DNA from: Planctomycetia bacterium
Lineage (GTDB): Bacteria; Planctomycetota; Planctomycetia; Pirellulales; UBA1268
DNA length: 64,000 bases
Assembly: GCA_021414115.1 (NCBI GenBank)
Contig: JAIOPD010000106.1
Coordinates: 24,147-88,146 of the forward strand
Direction of reading: 5' to 3'
Shown: piece after piece, positions 46,709-56,731 of the stretch
Position numbering within the stretch: the stretch's first letter is position 1
Layout of the letters: every line of letters begins with the position of its first letter
Notes under the pieces: generated by a model
Databases searched by the model: none
What the model was told of the DNA's origin: nothing
The model's input: the letters and a program-made list of their open reading frames with translations, nothing else
Made by a program: the position numbers and the translations under genes

Positions 46709-49700
46709 ATGCACACCACTGACGCCCAGTCGGAGCAGGGCCGGGCAATCGTCCTGCCCGCCGATCTCGAGCGGCGGCTCGCGGCTTTCCGCGGGATGGT
46801 CCGACGGATCAAGCTGTTCGAGGCTTGCTGCGGCGCGATCTGCGGAATCGCCATCGCCTTCCTGGTGCTGTTCCTCTGCGACCGGCTGTTCGACACGCCC
46901 CGGTGGGCGCGGTTCGCGGTGGCCGGCGGCGCAGTGGCGGCGTGTGCGGCGATCCCGCTGGCGGTTCACCGCTGGGTCTGGCGACACCGCAGTCTCGATC
47001 AGGTGGCGCGGCTCATCGGCCGGCGGTTTCCCTCGATGGGCGACGAGCTCCTCGGCATCATCGAAATCGTGCGCGGCGCCGCGGCCGGAGGTCAGTCGCG
47101 GGCCCTCTGCGAGGCGGCCGTCGCGCAGGTGGCGGAGCGGTCGAGGGCGTGCGATTTCCGCCAGGCCATGCCCCCCGCACGGCCATGGCTCTGGGCAACG
47201 CTCGCCGCTCTCCCGGTGGCCGGGGTCGTGGCGGTCGCCGCCGTCGCGTCCGACGCTGCGGGCAACTCCTGGGCGCGGCTGCTCGCGCCGTGGAAGGTGA
47301 TCGACCGCTTCACGTTCGCCCGCATCGCTCCGCTGCCCGAGCGGCTCGTGGTGCCGCACGGCGAACCGGCGACGCTCGGCGTGTCGCTCGGCGACGACAC
47401 CCGCTGGCGGCCAGCGCTGGCGACCGCACGCATCGACGGACAGCCACCACTCACGGCGTCGCGAGACGACCACGGCTATGCCTTCACGCTGCCCCCCCAG
47501 CTTGTCGACGGCACCCTCGCGCTCGCGGTCGGTGACGTGCGCCGGCGGCTGCGGATCGAGCCCAAGCACCGGCCGGTCCCGGTGACTCTCGACGCCGAGG
47601 TGACGCTCCCTGACTATCTCGAGCGGAAGGGAGTCAAGCGGCAGGACATCCGCGGCGGCACGCTCGCCCCCTTGAAGGGCAGTTCCGTGTCGGTCGTGGT
47701 GACCGCGAGCCGCGATCTCGCGGCGGCGACGGTCGATGGGGTGGAGGTTGAGCCGGAGGCCACCGTGATTCGCACACCGCCACGGCTCGTCGCGGCCGAC
47801 TCGCGGATGACGGTCACGTGGCGCGACCGCGAGGGACTCGCCGGAGCGGAGCCGCTCGAGCTCGTGATCACGTCCCGCACCGACGAGCCGCCCACCGTGG
47901 TGATGCTCGACGTGCCGCAGACCCGCGGCATTCTGCTCAATACCGACACGCTCAAGTTCCAGGTGGCCGCCCGCGACGACTTCGGGATCCGCAAGGTCGG
48001 CCTTGCCTGGGAGGGCCTTGCCGACCCCGGCGTGGCGACCGATGCGGCGAGCATCGAAAAGGGTGACCGGATCCTGCGGGCCGGCGGAGGCGAGGTCGAG
48101 TCGCTCGACGCGGCCGCCACGTTCTGTCCGGAGGCGCTCGGCATCGCGCCACAAGCCATTGCGCTGCGGGCCTTCGCGGAGGATTTTCTGCCCGGACGAG
48201 CCCGCGTGTATTCGTCGCCCCTGCTCCTCTACGTGCTCGATCGCGGGGAGCACGCCCTCGTGCTCAACACGCGGCTCCAGCAGTTCCGCCAGCAGGCCAG
48301 CGAGGTCCGCGACCGCGAGATGGGCCTGCTCGCGGTCAACAAGGAGCTCCGTGGGCTGCCCGCGGAACAGTTGGCGTCGAGCGAGACGAGAGCCCGGCTC
48401 GAGGCGCAGGCGTCCGCCGAGCAGGCCAATGCCCGGCGGCTCGAGCGTCTTGTCGACGAGGGTGGCGACCTGGTCCGCGAGGCCCTCAAGAACCCCGAGT
48501 TTGAGGCGGGCACCTTGGAACAACTCGCCGAGGACATCCAGACGCTCGCCGATATCGCGGACCAGCGGATGCCGTCCGTCGCGGAGTTGCTCGAGCAGGC
48601 GGCGACCGCGCGGCTCGCCACGGGCAAGCCGGGGGCGGGGCAGGAGGGGCAGGAGGGGCGTCAGCCCAAGCCGGGTGATCTGGCGGGGAAACCGGCCGCG
48701 GGAAAACCCGACGACGGTGAGCCTGGCGACTCGGGCGAACAGCCGCCGAAGGTGGGTGAAGAGCGGAACCCTTCGGGTGGGGGCGGATCGGCCACCGGTG
48801 GCGAGCAGCCCCCGCAGCCGCCCGTTCCGCAGGTGGTCGACGTCGAGTCGTCGCAGCAACCGAAGGGGGACGAGCCGAAGGACGGTAAACCGGCAAGCGG
48901 CGGCGCGGGCCGGCTTGGCCTGCCGACCACGCAGGCGGGCGTGTCGCCGCCGAGCAAGCCGCCAGCGCCTGATGACGAGCCCGCCGCGGACGAGGCGCTC
49001 GACGACGCGATCGCTGCCCAGGAGCAGCTGCTCGCGGAGTTCGCCAAGGTCGCCGATGACCTGGCGGCGGTGATGGCTCGGCTCGAGGGCAGCACGTTCG
49101 TCAAGCGGCTCAAGCTCGCGTCGCGGGAGCAGGGCTCGATCGGCAGCCGCATCGCGGGCATGGCGGCCGAGGCGTTCGGCAAGGCCGATCGGCAGCCGGC
49201 GCAGGTCAGGCAGGCGCTCGGAGACGTCCGTGAGCAGACCGTCCGCGAGACGGACAAAATGTCGGCATTGATGGACGATCTGCAGGCCTACTTCGACCGG
49301 CGGCAGCTGCCCGCGTTTCGCACCGTGCTCGAGGAGATGAAAGACCTCGACACGCTCGGCAGTCTGCGGCAACTCTCCGACGACGTCACCAAGGAGGCGG
49401 GGATGTCGATCGCGCAGGCCGAGTTCTGGTCCGATACGTTCGACCGGCTTGCCGACGACCTCGTGCCGCCGCCGCAGGACGGGAGCGGTCAGGGGGAGGG
49501 GAGCCAATCCCAGGAGAGCGTGCCGCCGGAGGTCGTGCTCGAGGCGATGAAGATCCTCGAGGATGAGGTCAATCTTCGTGAGGAGACCCGCGTGGCCCAG
49601 CAGGGCCGCGGGGCGCTGGGGCCGGAGGAGATCGCCGGTCAGGCCAAGGGGCTCGCCGAGCGGCAGGAAGCACTCGCGGACAGGGTGTTCCGGCTGACGG

Positions 49701-50119
49701 GGCGGCTGCTCGAGGAGCCCGACGGCGAGCGGTCGTTCCAGCAGGAGATTCAGTTGTTCGAGAAGGTCGAGACGGTGATGGCCGAGGCGTCCGGGATCCT
49801 CGGCACGGGCGACACGGGTCCTAAGGCGATCGGTGCCGAAACCGAGGCCATCGAACTGTTGCTCGCGGCGCAGGCGGCCTGCTCCAACTGCTCGAAGGGG
49901 GGTGGTGGCGGCGCGGGCGGCCGCCGATCCGGCGGCGGAAGCACCGGCACGGCCAGTGACTCGGCCCTCGCTCTCGTGGGCCGCGGCAACCGCGGACAGC
50001 GCGCCGAGGGGGGTGGCGAGCAGGAGCAGGCGACCGGCACGAGCGGCCGCGTGCTGCCCGAGGAGTTTCGCGCCGGACTCGACGCCTACTTCAATCGTTT
50101 TGAAAAGGAGCGACGCTGA
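46709..50119 (+). CDS. 1136-aa membrane protein (DUF4175-like) with coiled-coil and acidic/Pro/Gly-rich low-complexity regions
   Basis: Three N-terminal hydrophobic helices, long helical segments and a low-complexity stretch encoded at about 48621-49000 (GKPGAGQEGQEGRQPKPGD...PPAPDDEPAADE). The C-terminal GGGGAGGRRSGGGS is Gly-rich. Confidence 0.6.
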   Translation: MHTTDAQSEQGRAIVLPADLERRLAAFRGMVRRIKLFEACCGAICGIAIAFLVLFLCDRLFDTPRWARFAVAGGAVAACAAIPLAVHRWVWRHRSLDQVARLIGRRFPSMGDELLGIIEIVRGAAAGGQSRALCEAAVAQVAERSRACDFRQAMPPARPWLWATLAALPVAGVVAVAAVASDAAGNSWARLLAPWKVIDRFTFARIAPLPERLVVPHGEPATLGVSLGDDTRWRPALATARIDGQPPLTASRDDHGYAFTLPPQLVDGTLALAVGDVRRRLRIEPKHRPVPVTLDAEVTLPDYLERKGVKRQDIRGGTLAPLKGSSVSVVVTASRDLAAATVDGVEVEPEATVIRTPPRLVAADSRMTVTWRDREGLAGAEPLELVITSRTDEPPTVVMLDVPQTRGILLNTDTLKFQVAARDDFGIRKVGLAWEGLADPGVATDAASIEKGDRILRAGGGEVESLDAAATFCPEALGIAPQAIALRAFAEDFLPGRARVYSSPLLLYVLDRGEHALVLNTRLQQFRQQASEVRDREMGLLAVNKELRGLPAEQLASSETRARLEAQASAEQANARRLERLVDEGGDLVREALKNPEFEAGTLEQLAEDIQTLADIADQRMPSVAELLEQAATARLATGKPGAGQEGQEGRQPKPGDLAGKPAAGKPDDGEPGDSGEQPPKVGEERNPSGGGGSATGGEQPPQPPVPQVVDVESSQQPKGDEPKDGKPASGGAGRLGLPTTQAGVSPPSKPPAPDDEPAADEALDDAIAAQEQLLAEFAKVADDLAAVMARLEGSTFVKRLKLASREQGSIGSRIAGMAAEAFGKADRQPAQVRQALGDVREQTVRETDKMSALMDDLQAYFDRRQLPAFRTVLEEMKDLDTLGSLRQLSDDVTKEAGMSIAQAEFWSDTFDRLADDLVPPPQDGSGQGEGSQSQESVPPEVVLEAMKILEDEVNLREETRVAQQGRGALGPEEIAGQAKGLAERQEALADRVFRLTGRLLEEPDGERSFQQEIQLFEKVETVMAEASGILGTGDTGPKAIGAETEAIELLLAAQAACSNCSKGGGGGAGGRRSGGGSTGTASDSALALVGRGNRGQRAEGGGEQEQATGTSGRVLPEEFRAGLDAYFNRFEKERR

Positions 50120-51222
50120 TGGCTGCGACTCGAACCCGCTCGAGACCTTGGCCGGCGCTGACGACCGTCAGCATGTTGGTCATGCTCGTGATGGCGGTGC
50201 GTGCCGAGGGGCCGCTTGTCCGCTACGGCGATCCGGTGCCGCGGGATGTCCGCGAGATGTACGACGCGGGGCTGCGCTACCTGCTCAAGACCCAGGACGA
50301 CTCGGGAGGCTGGAAGGACGGCCAGGCCGGGCCCGGTGTGACCGGCATGGCGGTGATGACGCTCTTGGCATCGGGCGAGGACCCCAATCACGGTCCTTAC
50401 CGAACGGCGATCCGCAAGGCGCTGCGGAGCATGATTTCGGGACAGAATCCCGACACGGGGTTTCTCGCGTCGGGCCAGGGGCACGACAGCATGTACCAGC
50501 ACGGCTTCGGAATGCTGGCCCTCGCCGAGGCCTACGGCACCGTCGACGACCGCACCCTCTGGAGCGAGGCGGCGGCCGGCGGCCAGCAGGGGAGATCGAT
50601 TGGCCAGTCGCTCGAACTCGCCGCGCGGTGTGCCGTGACGAGTGCCAAGAACAACCCGCTGGGCGGCTGGCGATACTCGGCCGACGCGAAGGACGCCGAC
50701 ACATCGGTGAGCGGCGCGGTGCTCATGGGTCTGCTCGCCGCGCGAAATGCCGGCATCGAGGTGCCTGACGAGACGATCGACCGGGCCATCAAGTATTTCA
50801 CGACGATGACGGGCCCCAACGGCCAACTCGGCTATTCAGGCGGAGCCGGCGGCGGCAGTGACGCGGTGACGAGCATCGGCGTGCTCGTCTACGCGATCGC
50901 CGGCCAGAAGGGTCTGCCGCAATACACCAAGGCACTGGCCTACCTCAAGGGTCGCTCCGCCATCCGCGAGCAGGCGGGCATGGAGGGGTATCCGACCTAC
51001 ACCCGCTACTACCGCGCGCAGGCGCTCTTCCAGGGCGACGTCGATGCCTGGGAGCAGTGGAACGCGGGTCTCGTCAGGGAGCTCAAGACGATGCAGGCCA
51101 AGGATGGCAGTTTCAGCGGCTTCGCCGGCCGTGGCGGTGGGTTCGGCGGCACGGTCGACACGTCGCTGGCGCTCTTGTCGCTGGCGGTCAACTACAAGTT
51201 CCTCCCGGTGTACGAACGATGA
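50119..51222 (+). CDS. secreted prenyltransferase/squalene-oxidase-repeat (terpene-cyclase-fold) protein
   Basis: Signal peptide ...LVMLVMAVRAEG. Repeated GGW/aromatic motifs: SGGWKDGQAGPGVTGMAVMTLL, LGGWRYSADAKDADTSVSGAVLMGLL, DGSFSGFAG...SLALLSLAV. Start overlaps the upstream stop by 1 nt. Confidence 0.65.
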   Translation: MAATRTRSRPWPALTTVSMLVMLVMAVRAEGPLVRYGDPVPRDVREMYDAGLRYLLKTQDDSGGWKDGQAGPGVTGMAVMTLLASGEDPNHGPYRTAIRKALRSMISGQNPDTGFLASGQGHDSMYQHGFGMLALAEAYGTVDDRTLWSEAAAGGQQGRSIGQSLELAARCAVTSAKNNPLGGWRYSADAKDADTSVSGAVLMGLLAARNAGIEVPDETIDRAIKYFTTMTGPNGQLGYSGGAGGGSDAVTSIGVLVYAIAGQKGLPQYTKALAYLKGRSAIREQAGMEGYPTYTRYYRAQALFQGDVDAWEQWNAGLVRELKTMQAKDGSFSGFAGRGGGFGGTVDTSLALLSLAVNYKFLPVYER

Positions 51223-52259
51223 ACACGAATTCATGGCGGACGCTGGCGGCGGCAGGGTGGATGCATCGAGCGGCTGGCGGCCTGCTCGCGGCGTGGTGCC
51301 TGGTCGCCGGGGTCGTCCAGATCCAGGTTGCCGGCGACGAGGTCGAAGAAGCCGTTGACGATGGCCAAGGGGCGGATCCCGAGGCCGTCGTGGAGATCGA
51401 CGAGTTGGTGGAGATCGTGGACGACGTTCCAATTGCCCCGCCGGTCGCGCCGGCACAGCCGCTGGGCGGGCTGTTTGGCGCCGGGCTGCGGGCGATTTTC
51501 GACGCTGTCGCGCCCGAGCCGCAGGTGGCAGAGCAACCCCTCCCGCTCGACGCGGCCGACGATGGAGAGATGCCGAAGGATCCTCGGGCTGCCCAGCTCT
51601 GGCAGCAGCGCAAGCAGATCCGTGAGCAGGCGAAGCACATGGAGCAGGCGCTTCAGCCAGCATTGCGGACAGAACTGGAGATGGTCCGACGGAGTTGCGG
51701 CAGCCTCTCCCCGGAGGCCCGCCGCGAGGTGCTCACCGCAGGCAAAACGGCGGTCGCCAGTACGGCCCTGAATGTCGCGACGCGGCAGATGCGGGGCGGC
51801 CCCGGACGACGGTCCTTCGATGTGCGGCGGGAGATCCAGGAGTCGCTTGCCAAGGCAGTCGAGCCGCATGCCCCCGCCGCCGAGTTTGCGGCGTACCAGC
51901 GGGAACAGCAGCTGCGGTGGGAGCGGCGGCAGCGGGCGGCCCGCGTGGCCATCGTCGCGAAGCTCGACCGGAGGCTCGATCTTGCCGACGCACAGCGGCG
52001 GGCCATCGAGGCCGACCTCGAGCAGCATTGGGAGGCGTCGTGGGTGCGCGGACTCGACGATCATCGGGTCGTCATGAACAACGAACGGCCCGCCCCCGAT
52101 TACGCCGAGCGATGCATCGCGCCTCACCTTGACGAAAACCAGCGGGCCGAATGGCGGCGCTGGCGGAAGGCGGCCGGCTCGGCCGTCATGGGGATGCACG
52201 TGGGTTGGAACCTCGACGGGCAGGGGCTGCATCAGGAGGACGACTGGTGGACGAAGTGA
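51219..52259 (+). CDS. secreted hypothetical protein (acidic N-terminal region, Arg/Glu-rich helical body)
   Basis: Trimmed to ATG at 51219 (ATGA overlap). Signal-like LLAAWCLVAGVVQIQVAG. No family recognised. Confidence 0.45.
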   Translation: MNTNSWRTLAAAGWMHRAAGGLLAAWCLVAGVVQIQVAGDEVEEAVDDGQGADPEAVVEIDELVEIVDDVPIAPPVAPAQPLGGLFGAGLRAIFDAVAPEPQVAEQPLPLDAADDGEMPKDPRAAQLWQQRKQIREQAKHMEQALQPALRTELEMVRRSCGSLSPEARREVLTAGKTAVASTALNVATRQMRGGPGRRSFDVRREIQESLAKAVEPHAPAAEFAAYQREQQLRWERRQRAARVAIVAKLDRRLDLADAQRRAIEADLEQHWEASWVRGLDDHRVVMNNERPAPDYAERCIAPHLDENQRAEWRRWRKAAGSAVMGMHVGWNLDGQGLHQEDDWWTK

Positions 52260-53254
52260 CACGCACCGCCGCGTCCGTGTGTCGTGGAGCGGCGGTCATC
52301 GTGGCCGTCGCGGTCACCGTCTGCTGGACGGCCGCCAGCCGCGCCGAGGACGACCGCGTGGTCGAGGAGCCGCTGGCATCGCAGCCGTCGGCCGAGCAAC
52401 AGCTCGTCGATCTGGGGGCCAACTTCGACGCCAATCTCTTCGAGCAGCAGGGCAACGGCTGGGTCCTGCGGGGCGACAACGGCGGGCAGATGTTTGGCCG
52501 GGTACGGGTGATGGCGAACGGCCGGCAGATCGCGCCGGCTGCAGCCGCAGGGGATGAGCCGCGTCCCCCGGAATCGCCCACGTTCGCCCGGGCGCGGGCC
52601 ATCGCGGAGAAGCATCTGGCGCGGATCGACGAGGCGTGCGAACTCGACGACCTGCAGCGGCGGAAGCTTCGGCTGGCGATCGAGTCGGACATCCGGCGGT
52701 TTGCCGAGGATGTCGATCTCATTCGCCGGCGGTATGCCGGGGTCCGCGTCAACTTCAATGATCAGCAGGGACAGAAGCAGTGGCAGCAGTTCCAGCAGGA
52801 CGTGCAACAGTGCCGGCAGCGGCTGCGGGGGCTCTACGATACGGGGTCGCTGTTCGCGAAGGCGCTGCCCACGACGCTCGACGAACGTCAGCTCGCGGGC
52901 ATCGAGCGTGAGGCCAGTGCGCGGCGGTCGTTTCGCTGGCGGGATATGGTCGTGTCGGCGCTCGTGAAGATGGACGAGACGCTCGGCCTCGATCAGGCGC
53001 AGCACGACCTGCTCGAGGAGATCCTGATCGCCCGCGAGCCGGCACTGCGGGTGGACGAGTTGGGGCCACAGCAGGAAAACGATCACGTGCGGCAGATGCT
53101 CGTGGCGATGATCCTGTCCGAGGGCGACACCGACCGCATCAAGGCCGCGGTCAGCGAGCGGCAGTGGCGGACGCTCTCGCTGCTGATGAACCAGGGCAAG
53201 GCGATGCGGTCGTGGATCGAGCAGCAGGGCGTTCTCGAGGCACCACGGCCATGA
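52247..53254 (+). CDS. secreted hypothetical protein (helical, Gln/Arg-rich)
   Basis: GTG at 52247 (or 52256) overlaps the upstream gene by 13 nt. Signal-like AAVIVAVAVTVCWTAASRAED. No family recognised. Confidence 0.45.
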   Translation: MDEVTRTAASVCRGAAVIVAVAVTVCWTAASRAEDDRVVEEPLASQPSAEQQLVDLGANFDANLFEQQGNGWVLRGDNGGQMFGRVRVMANGRQIAPAAAAGDEPRPPESPTFARARAIAEKHLARIDEACELDDLQRRKLRLAIESDIRRFAEDVDLIRRRYAGVRVNFNDQQGQKQWQQFQQDVQQCRQRLRGLYDTGSLFAKALPTTLDERQLAGIEREASARRSFRWRDMVVSALVKMDETLGLDQAQHDLLEEILIAREPALRVDELGPQQENDHVRQMLVAMILSEGDTDRIKAAVSERQWRTLSLLMNQGKAMRSWIEQQGVLEAPRP

Positions 53255-53380
53255 CGGCCGCAGGCGGCCATCGTCGCTTGACGCCCATCATCGGCGAAGA
53301 AGAATGATCGAACCGCGGCACATGCCGCGTGCCCCACGGTCCGCTTCCCACCCGCTCTTCTGCCCCGAAAGCTCCGCTCC

Positions 53381-54583
53381 ATGCCTGACACCCGGATCGG
53401 TCTGTGGCTCATCGGCGCGAAGGGGGGCATCTCGACCACGCTCATGACGGGCCTGGCGGCCCTCCGCCAGGACGCGATGGAGCCCGTCGGCCTCGTCACG
53501 GAGACAGCTCCGTTTGTGGGGCTGTCGCTCGTCGGATTCAGTGACATCATCGTCGGCGGTCACGATATTCGCTCCGGCAGCCTCTTCGACGAGGCGCGGC
53601 GAATGTGGGTCGAGAGTCGGGCGATCACGCCGGAACTGCTCGATGGCGCGGCCGGATATTTTTCCGAGGTCGAGTCGAGATTGCGTCCGGGCACGGTCGT
53701 GGCGACCGGCGATCGGATCCGTGGTCTGGCCGACATGGCAAGCGTGGTCGTCGCGGAAACGCCCCGGGAGGCGATCGCCCGCATCCGCGGCGACATCGAG
53801 GCCTTCAAGAAAGCCGAGGGCCTTGCCCACGTGGTCGTCGTCAACGTGGCCTCCACGGAGCCCCCGCCGGCGCTGCCGATCCCGAAGGATTTCGCCGAGA
53901 TCGAGCCGCTGCTCGACGACGCAGCGACGTGCCCGCTGCCGGCCAGCAGTCTCTACTTCCTCGCGGCCGCGGAGGCGGGGTGTTCCTACGTCAACTTCAC
54001 CCCCTCGGCGGGCGCGACGCCGGAGGCGATGCAGGCGGTCGCCCGTGAACGGCGGATCGCGCATGCCGGCTGCGACGGCAAGACGGGGGAGACGCTCCTC
54101 AAGAGCGTGCTGGCCCCGATGTTCGCCGCCCGCAACCTCGAGGTGATGAGCTGGGTTGGCCACAACATCTTCGGCAACATGGACGGACAGGTGCTCGACG
54201 ACCCGCGGAACAAGGCCGCCAAGGTGCGCAGCAAAGACCATCTGCTCGCGAGCATCCTCGGGTATCCGCCGCAGACGCATGTCTCGATCGAATACATCAA
54301 GAGCCTCGGCGACTGGAAGACCGCGTGGGATCACATCCACTTCCGCGGGTTCCTCGGCACGCCGATGACCATGCAGTTCACCTGGCAGGGCTGCGACTCG
54401 ATCCTGGCGGCCCCGCTCGTGCTCGACCTCGTGCGGCTCGTCGAGCGGGCCCATCGGGCCGGCGAATCCGGGGCCATGGACTGGCTCGCCTGCTTCTTCA
54501 AGAGCCCGCTCGGCGTGACGGAACAGGATTTCGCGAAGCAGTTCGCGATGCTCCACGCCTGGGTCGCCAAGCACGCGGCGTGA
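53381..54583 (+). CDS. ino1: myo-inositol-1-phosphate synthase family protein
   Basis: IGLWLIGAKGGISTTL, VVVNVASTEP, YVNFTPS, GCDGKTGETLLKSVLAPMF, SWVGHNIFGNMDG, DWKTAWDHIHFRGFLG. Confidence 0.85.
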   Translation: MPDTRIGLWLIGAKGGISTTLMTGLAALRQDAMEPVGLVTETAPFVGLSLVGFSDIIVGGHDIRSGSLFDEARRMWVESRAITPELLDGAAGYFSEVESRLRPGTVVATGDRIRGLADMASVVVAETPREAIARIRGDIEAFKKAEGLAHVVVVNVASTEPPPALPIPKDFAEIEPLLDDAATCPLPASSLYFLAAAEAGCSYVNFTPSAGATPEAMQAVARERRIAHAGCDGKTGETLLKSVLAPMFAARNLEVMSWVGHNIFGNMDGQVLDDPRNKAAKVRSKDHLLASILGYPPQTHVSIEYIKSLGDWKTAWDHIHFRGFLGTPMTMQFTWQGCDSILAAPLVLDLVRLVERAHRAGESGAMDWLACFFKSPLGVTEQDFAKQFAMLHAWVAKHAA

Positions 54584-54598
54584 GCCAAGGCGGCGGGC

Positions 54599-56731
54599 TC
54601 AGGCCGGCGGAGGCAGGAGGCCGGGGGCCGAAGGCTCGGTCTTCGTGCCCGGAGCCGCGGGGAGCGAAGGGATCGGCACGGTTTCCGGTCGCGTGGCCGG
54701 ATCGCGTGGCGGGAGCTGGGTGGCGCGGGCGTCGGCGCCGAGCTCCTCGAAGTTTTGCGAGATCGTGCCTCGGCTGAAGACACCGGGTCGCGAGTGGCCG
54801 TAGTCGAGGTACAGGCTGGCGTCCCGCTGGCGGGCTCGGCGATGGGCGTCGAAGTAGGCCTTGCCGGGCCACGGGCCTTCGGCGAGGAACACGCCGTTGT
54901 ATTCGAGTAGCGAACCCTTGCGGTAATGGAGCTGCGAGATCGAGCGGTTGTAGTCGACGACCGAGCGGTAGTAGGCGCTCTCCGCCTCGGCCCGCCGCCG
55001 CTGGGCATCGAGGAGCTGGTCGAGGGTGACGGTGTTGGCGTCGTAGGCTGCCTGGACCGCCTCGACCTGCCGTTCGGCGGCCACGCGACGATTGAAGTTG
55101 GTCTGGGAGAGCGCGAAGTTCGTATCGACGTTCCGCACCGCCTCGACCAGCCCGTGCGAGGCCTCGAGTTCCTCGTCCTGGAGCCGGGCCCGCTCGCGGG
55201 CCAGCTGGAGCTGGTGGTGCCGCACGGTGGCCAGCTCGCGGCGGAAGCCGAGCGGCATCTGAAACTGCGCACCCGCCTGCCACTCCTGGAACTGTCCCTG
55301 GAAGAGCGTCGAGTAGGCATCGGTGTCGGCGAGCGGTGACTGGCCGTTGGCGTCGTACGAGTTGCCACTCTGGCTGAGCAGCTGCTGTCCCATACCGAGG
55401 AATCGCCACCGCCCGATCATGTCGAGCCGCGGGAGGATCAGGTTCTTGGCGGCGACGAGCTCGAGTTCCCGCTGCTTGATCACCCACTTCTGCTTCCGGA
55501 GCTCGGCCGAACGCGACAGGGCCTCGACGAGCGACTGCTGCCAGTCGAACGAAATCCGGGCCGTAGTCGGCTCGTCGGACGGGCGAATCAGCCGGCCGTC
55601 GCTGGCCGAGATCCCCATCATGTATCGCAGCCGGTTTTCGCAGCGATAGACGTCGGTGAGGGCCTGCTCGACTTCGCTCCGGAAGAAGAAATACTGCTCG
55701 CGGGCCTGGGCCTCCTTGTCGGCCTCGCCGCCGCGGGATTGCTCGACGTAGAGGGCATGCACCTTCCGCCAGGCCTCGAGCGAACTGTCGCGGCCGGCCT
55801 TGCGGGCCTCGAGGTTGCGGTAGGCGAAGTAGAGTTCCCAGTATGACTGCTCGGTGTCGCTGACGAGGTTGCGGACGCCGGCTTCGAAATCCGCCAGCGA
55901 GATGTCGGCGTTGATCCGGGCGAGCAGCACGCCGCGGAAGTTCGGTCGCCCGAAGGTATTGTCGAAAAAGTCGGGGCCCGCGATCCGGTTGTAGGTGGCG
56001 CCGGCACCCTGCAAGAGCGGCTGGTTGAACGTGAAGTCGTAGTTGGTGGTCCAGGTCGAGGGCACGCCCTTCTGCCGGATCGGCGAGTTGTTGTTGTCAT
56101 AGAGCGTCGAGTTGGCGAAACCCCACGTCGCACCGGTCGCGGTCCGCTTCTGGATGCCCGTGGTCAAGTTGCCGGTGTCGCCGAGGAACTGCTGCTGGAA
56201 AACGAGCGGGCCGACGAGGCCGCCGACGTTCTGCGGCCGGTTCTGCCGCTCCCACGTGAGCGAGCTGGAAAGCTGGGCATCGAACAGGGCCAGGGCGCTC
56301 TCGACACCGCGGAACGGGTCGGTTTCCACGATTGCAGGGTCATAGATGCTCGGCGTGGCCTGCGGGTTGGTGAGCAGCGACACCGGAGGCTCACCGGTCT
56401 GGGGCCGCGGACCACCAAAACTGCCGAACCGGCCGCCGAGGTTGCGGAGCACCTTGCCGTTTTCGAGCGACGTGCGGACGGCCTCCTCGAGCGAGACCTC
56501 CCAGATGTTGTCGAAACTGGGATTCGAGAGCGTGAGCGGTTCGACCGCGCCGGCTGCCTCGTCGAGCGGAGCCTGCTCACCGTCCGGGTATTCGAGTTTC
56601 TGGATCGCGCCCACGTAGTGCGAGAGGTCGCCGTCCTCGAAGAAATAGAACGGCTGCCTTGGCGCGCATCCGCTGGCGACGAGCGTGAGGCTCGTGACAG
56701 CCACCCAGAGTTGTCGGGCAAGTCGCGGCAC
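54599..56731 (-). CDS. TolC-family outer membrane efflux protein (lipoprotein form, Pro-rich C-terminal tail)
   Basis: Track ORF trimmed to GTG at 56731, giving (M)PRLARQLWVAVTSLTLVASGC. The two-fold helical/beta repeat is typical of OEP proteins (LEEAVRTSLENG..., LVEALSRSAELRKQKW..., TLDQLLDAQRRRAEAESAYYRSVVDYNRSISQLHY). Confidence 0.8.
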   Translation of the reverse strand: MPRLARQLWVAVTSLTLVASGCAPRQPFYFFEDGDLSHYVGAIQKLEYPDGEQAPLDEAAGAVEPLTLSNPSFDNIWEVSLEEAVRTSLENGKVLRNLGGRFGSFGGPRPQTGEPPVSLLTNPQATPSIYDPAIVETDPFRGVESALALFDAQLSSSLTWERQNRPQNVGGLVGPLVFQQQFLGDTGNLTTGIQKRTATGATWGFANSTLYDNNNSPIRQKGVPSTWTTNYDFTFNQPLLQGAGATYNRIAGPDFFDNTFGRPNFRGVLLARINADISLADFEAGVRNLVSDTEQSYWELYFAYRNLEARKAGRDSSLEAWRKVHALYVEQSRGGEADKEAQAREQYFFFRSEVEQALTDVYRCENRLRYMMGISASDGRLIRPSDEPTTARISFDWQQSLVEALSRSAELRKQKWVIKQRELELVAAKNLILPRLDMIGRWRFLGMGQQLLSQSGNSYDANGQSPLADTDAYSTLFQGQFQEWQAGAQFQMPLGFRRELATVRHHQLQLARERARLQDEELEASHGLVEAVRNVDTNFALSQTNFNRRVAAERQVEAVQAAYDANTVTLDQLLDAQRRRAEAESAYYRSVVDYNRSISQLHYRKGSLLEYNGVFLAEGPWPGKAYFDAHRRARQRDASLYLDYGHSRPGVFSRGTISQNFEELGADARATQLPPRDPATRPETVPIPSLPAAPGTKTEPSAPGLLPPPA

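Noticed and set aside
43985-49507. Two very long minus-strand ORFs (881 and 953 aa) antisense to the MoxR-operon genes
   Set aside because: Both are Arg/Pro/Gly/His-rich junk-like translations. The plus-strand frames show BatA N-terminal, MIDAS and TM-helix features and overlap-coupled starts, so the minus-strand ORFs are treated as shadow frames. The same reasoning applies to 28004..29704(+) over ffh and 59596..61380(+) over glnN.
53278-53305. TTGACG-N16-AAGAAT promoter-like motif upstream of the ino1-like gene
   Set aside because: The -10 match is weak (4 of 6) and there is no supporting evidence. It is recorded here rather than called as a feature.
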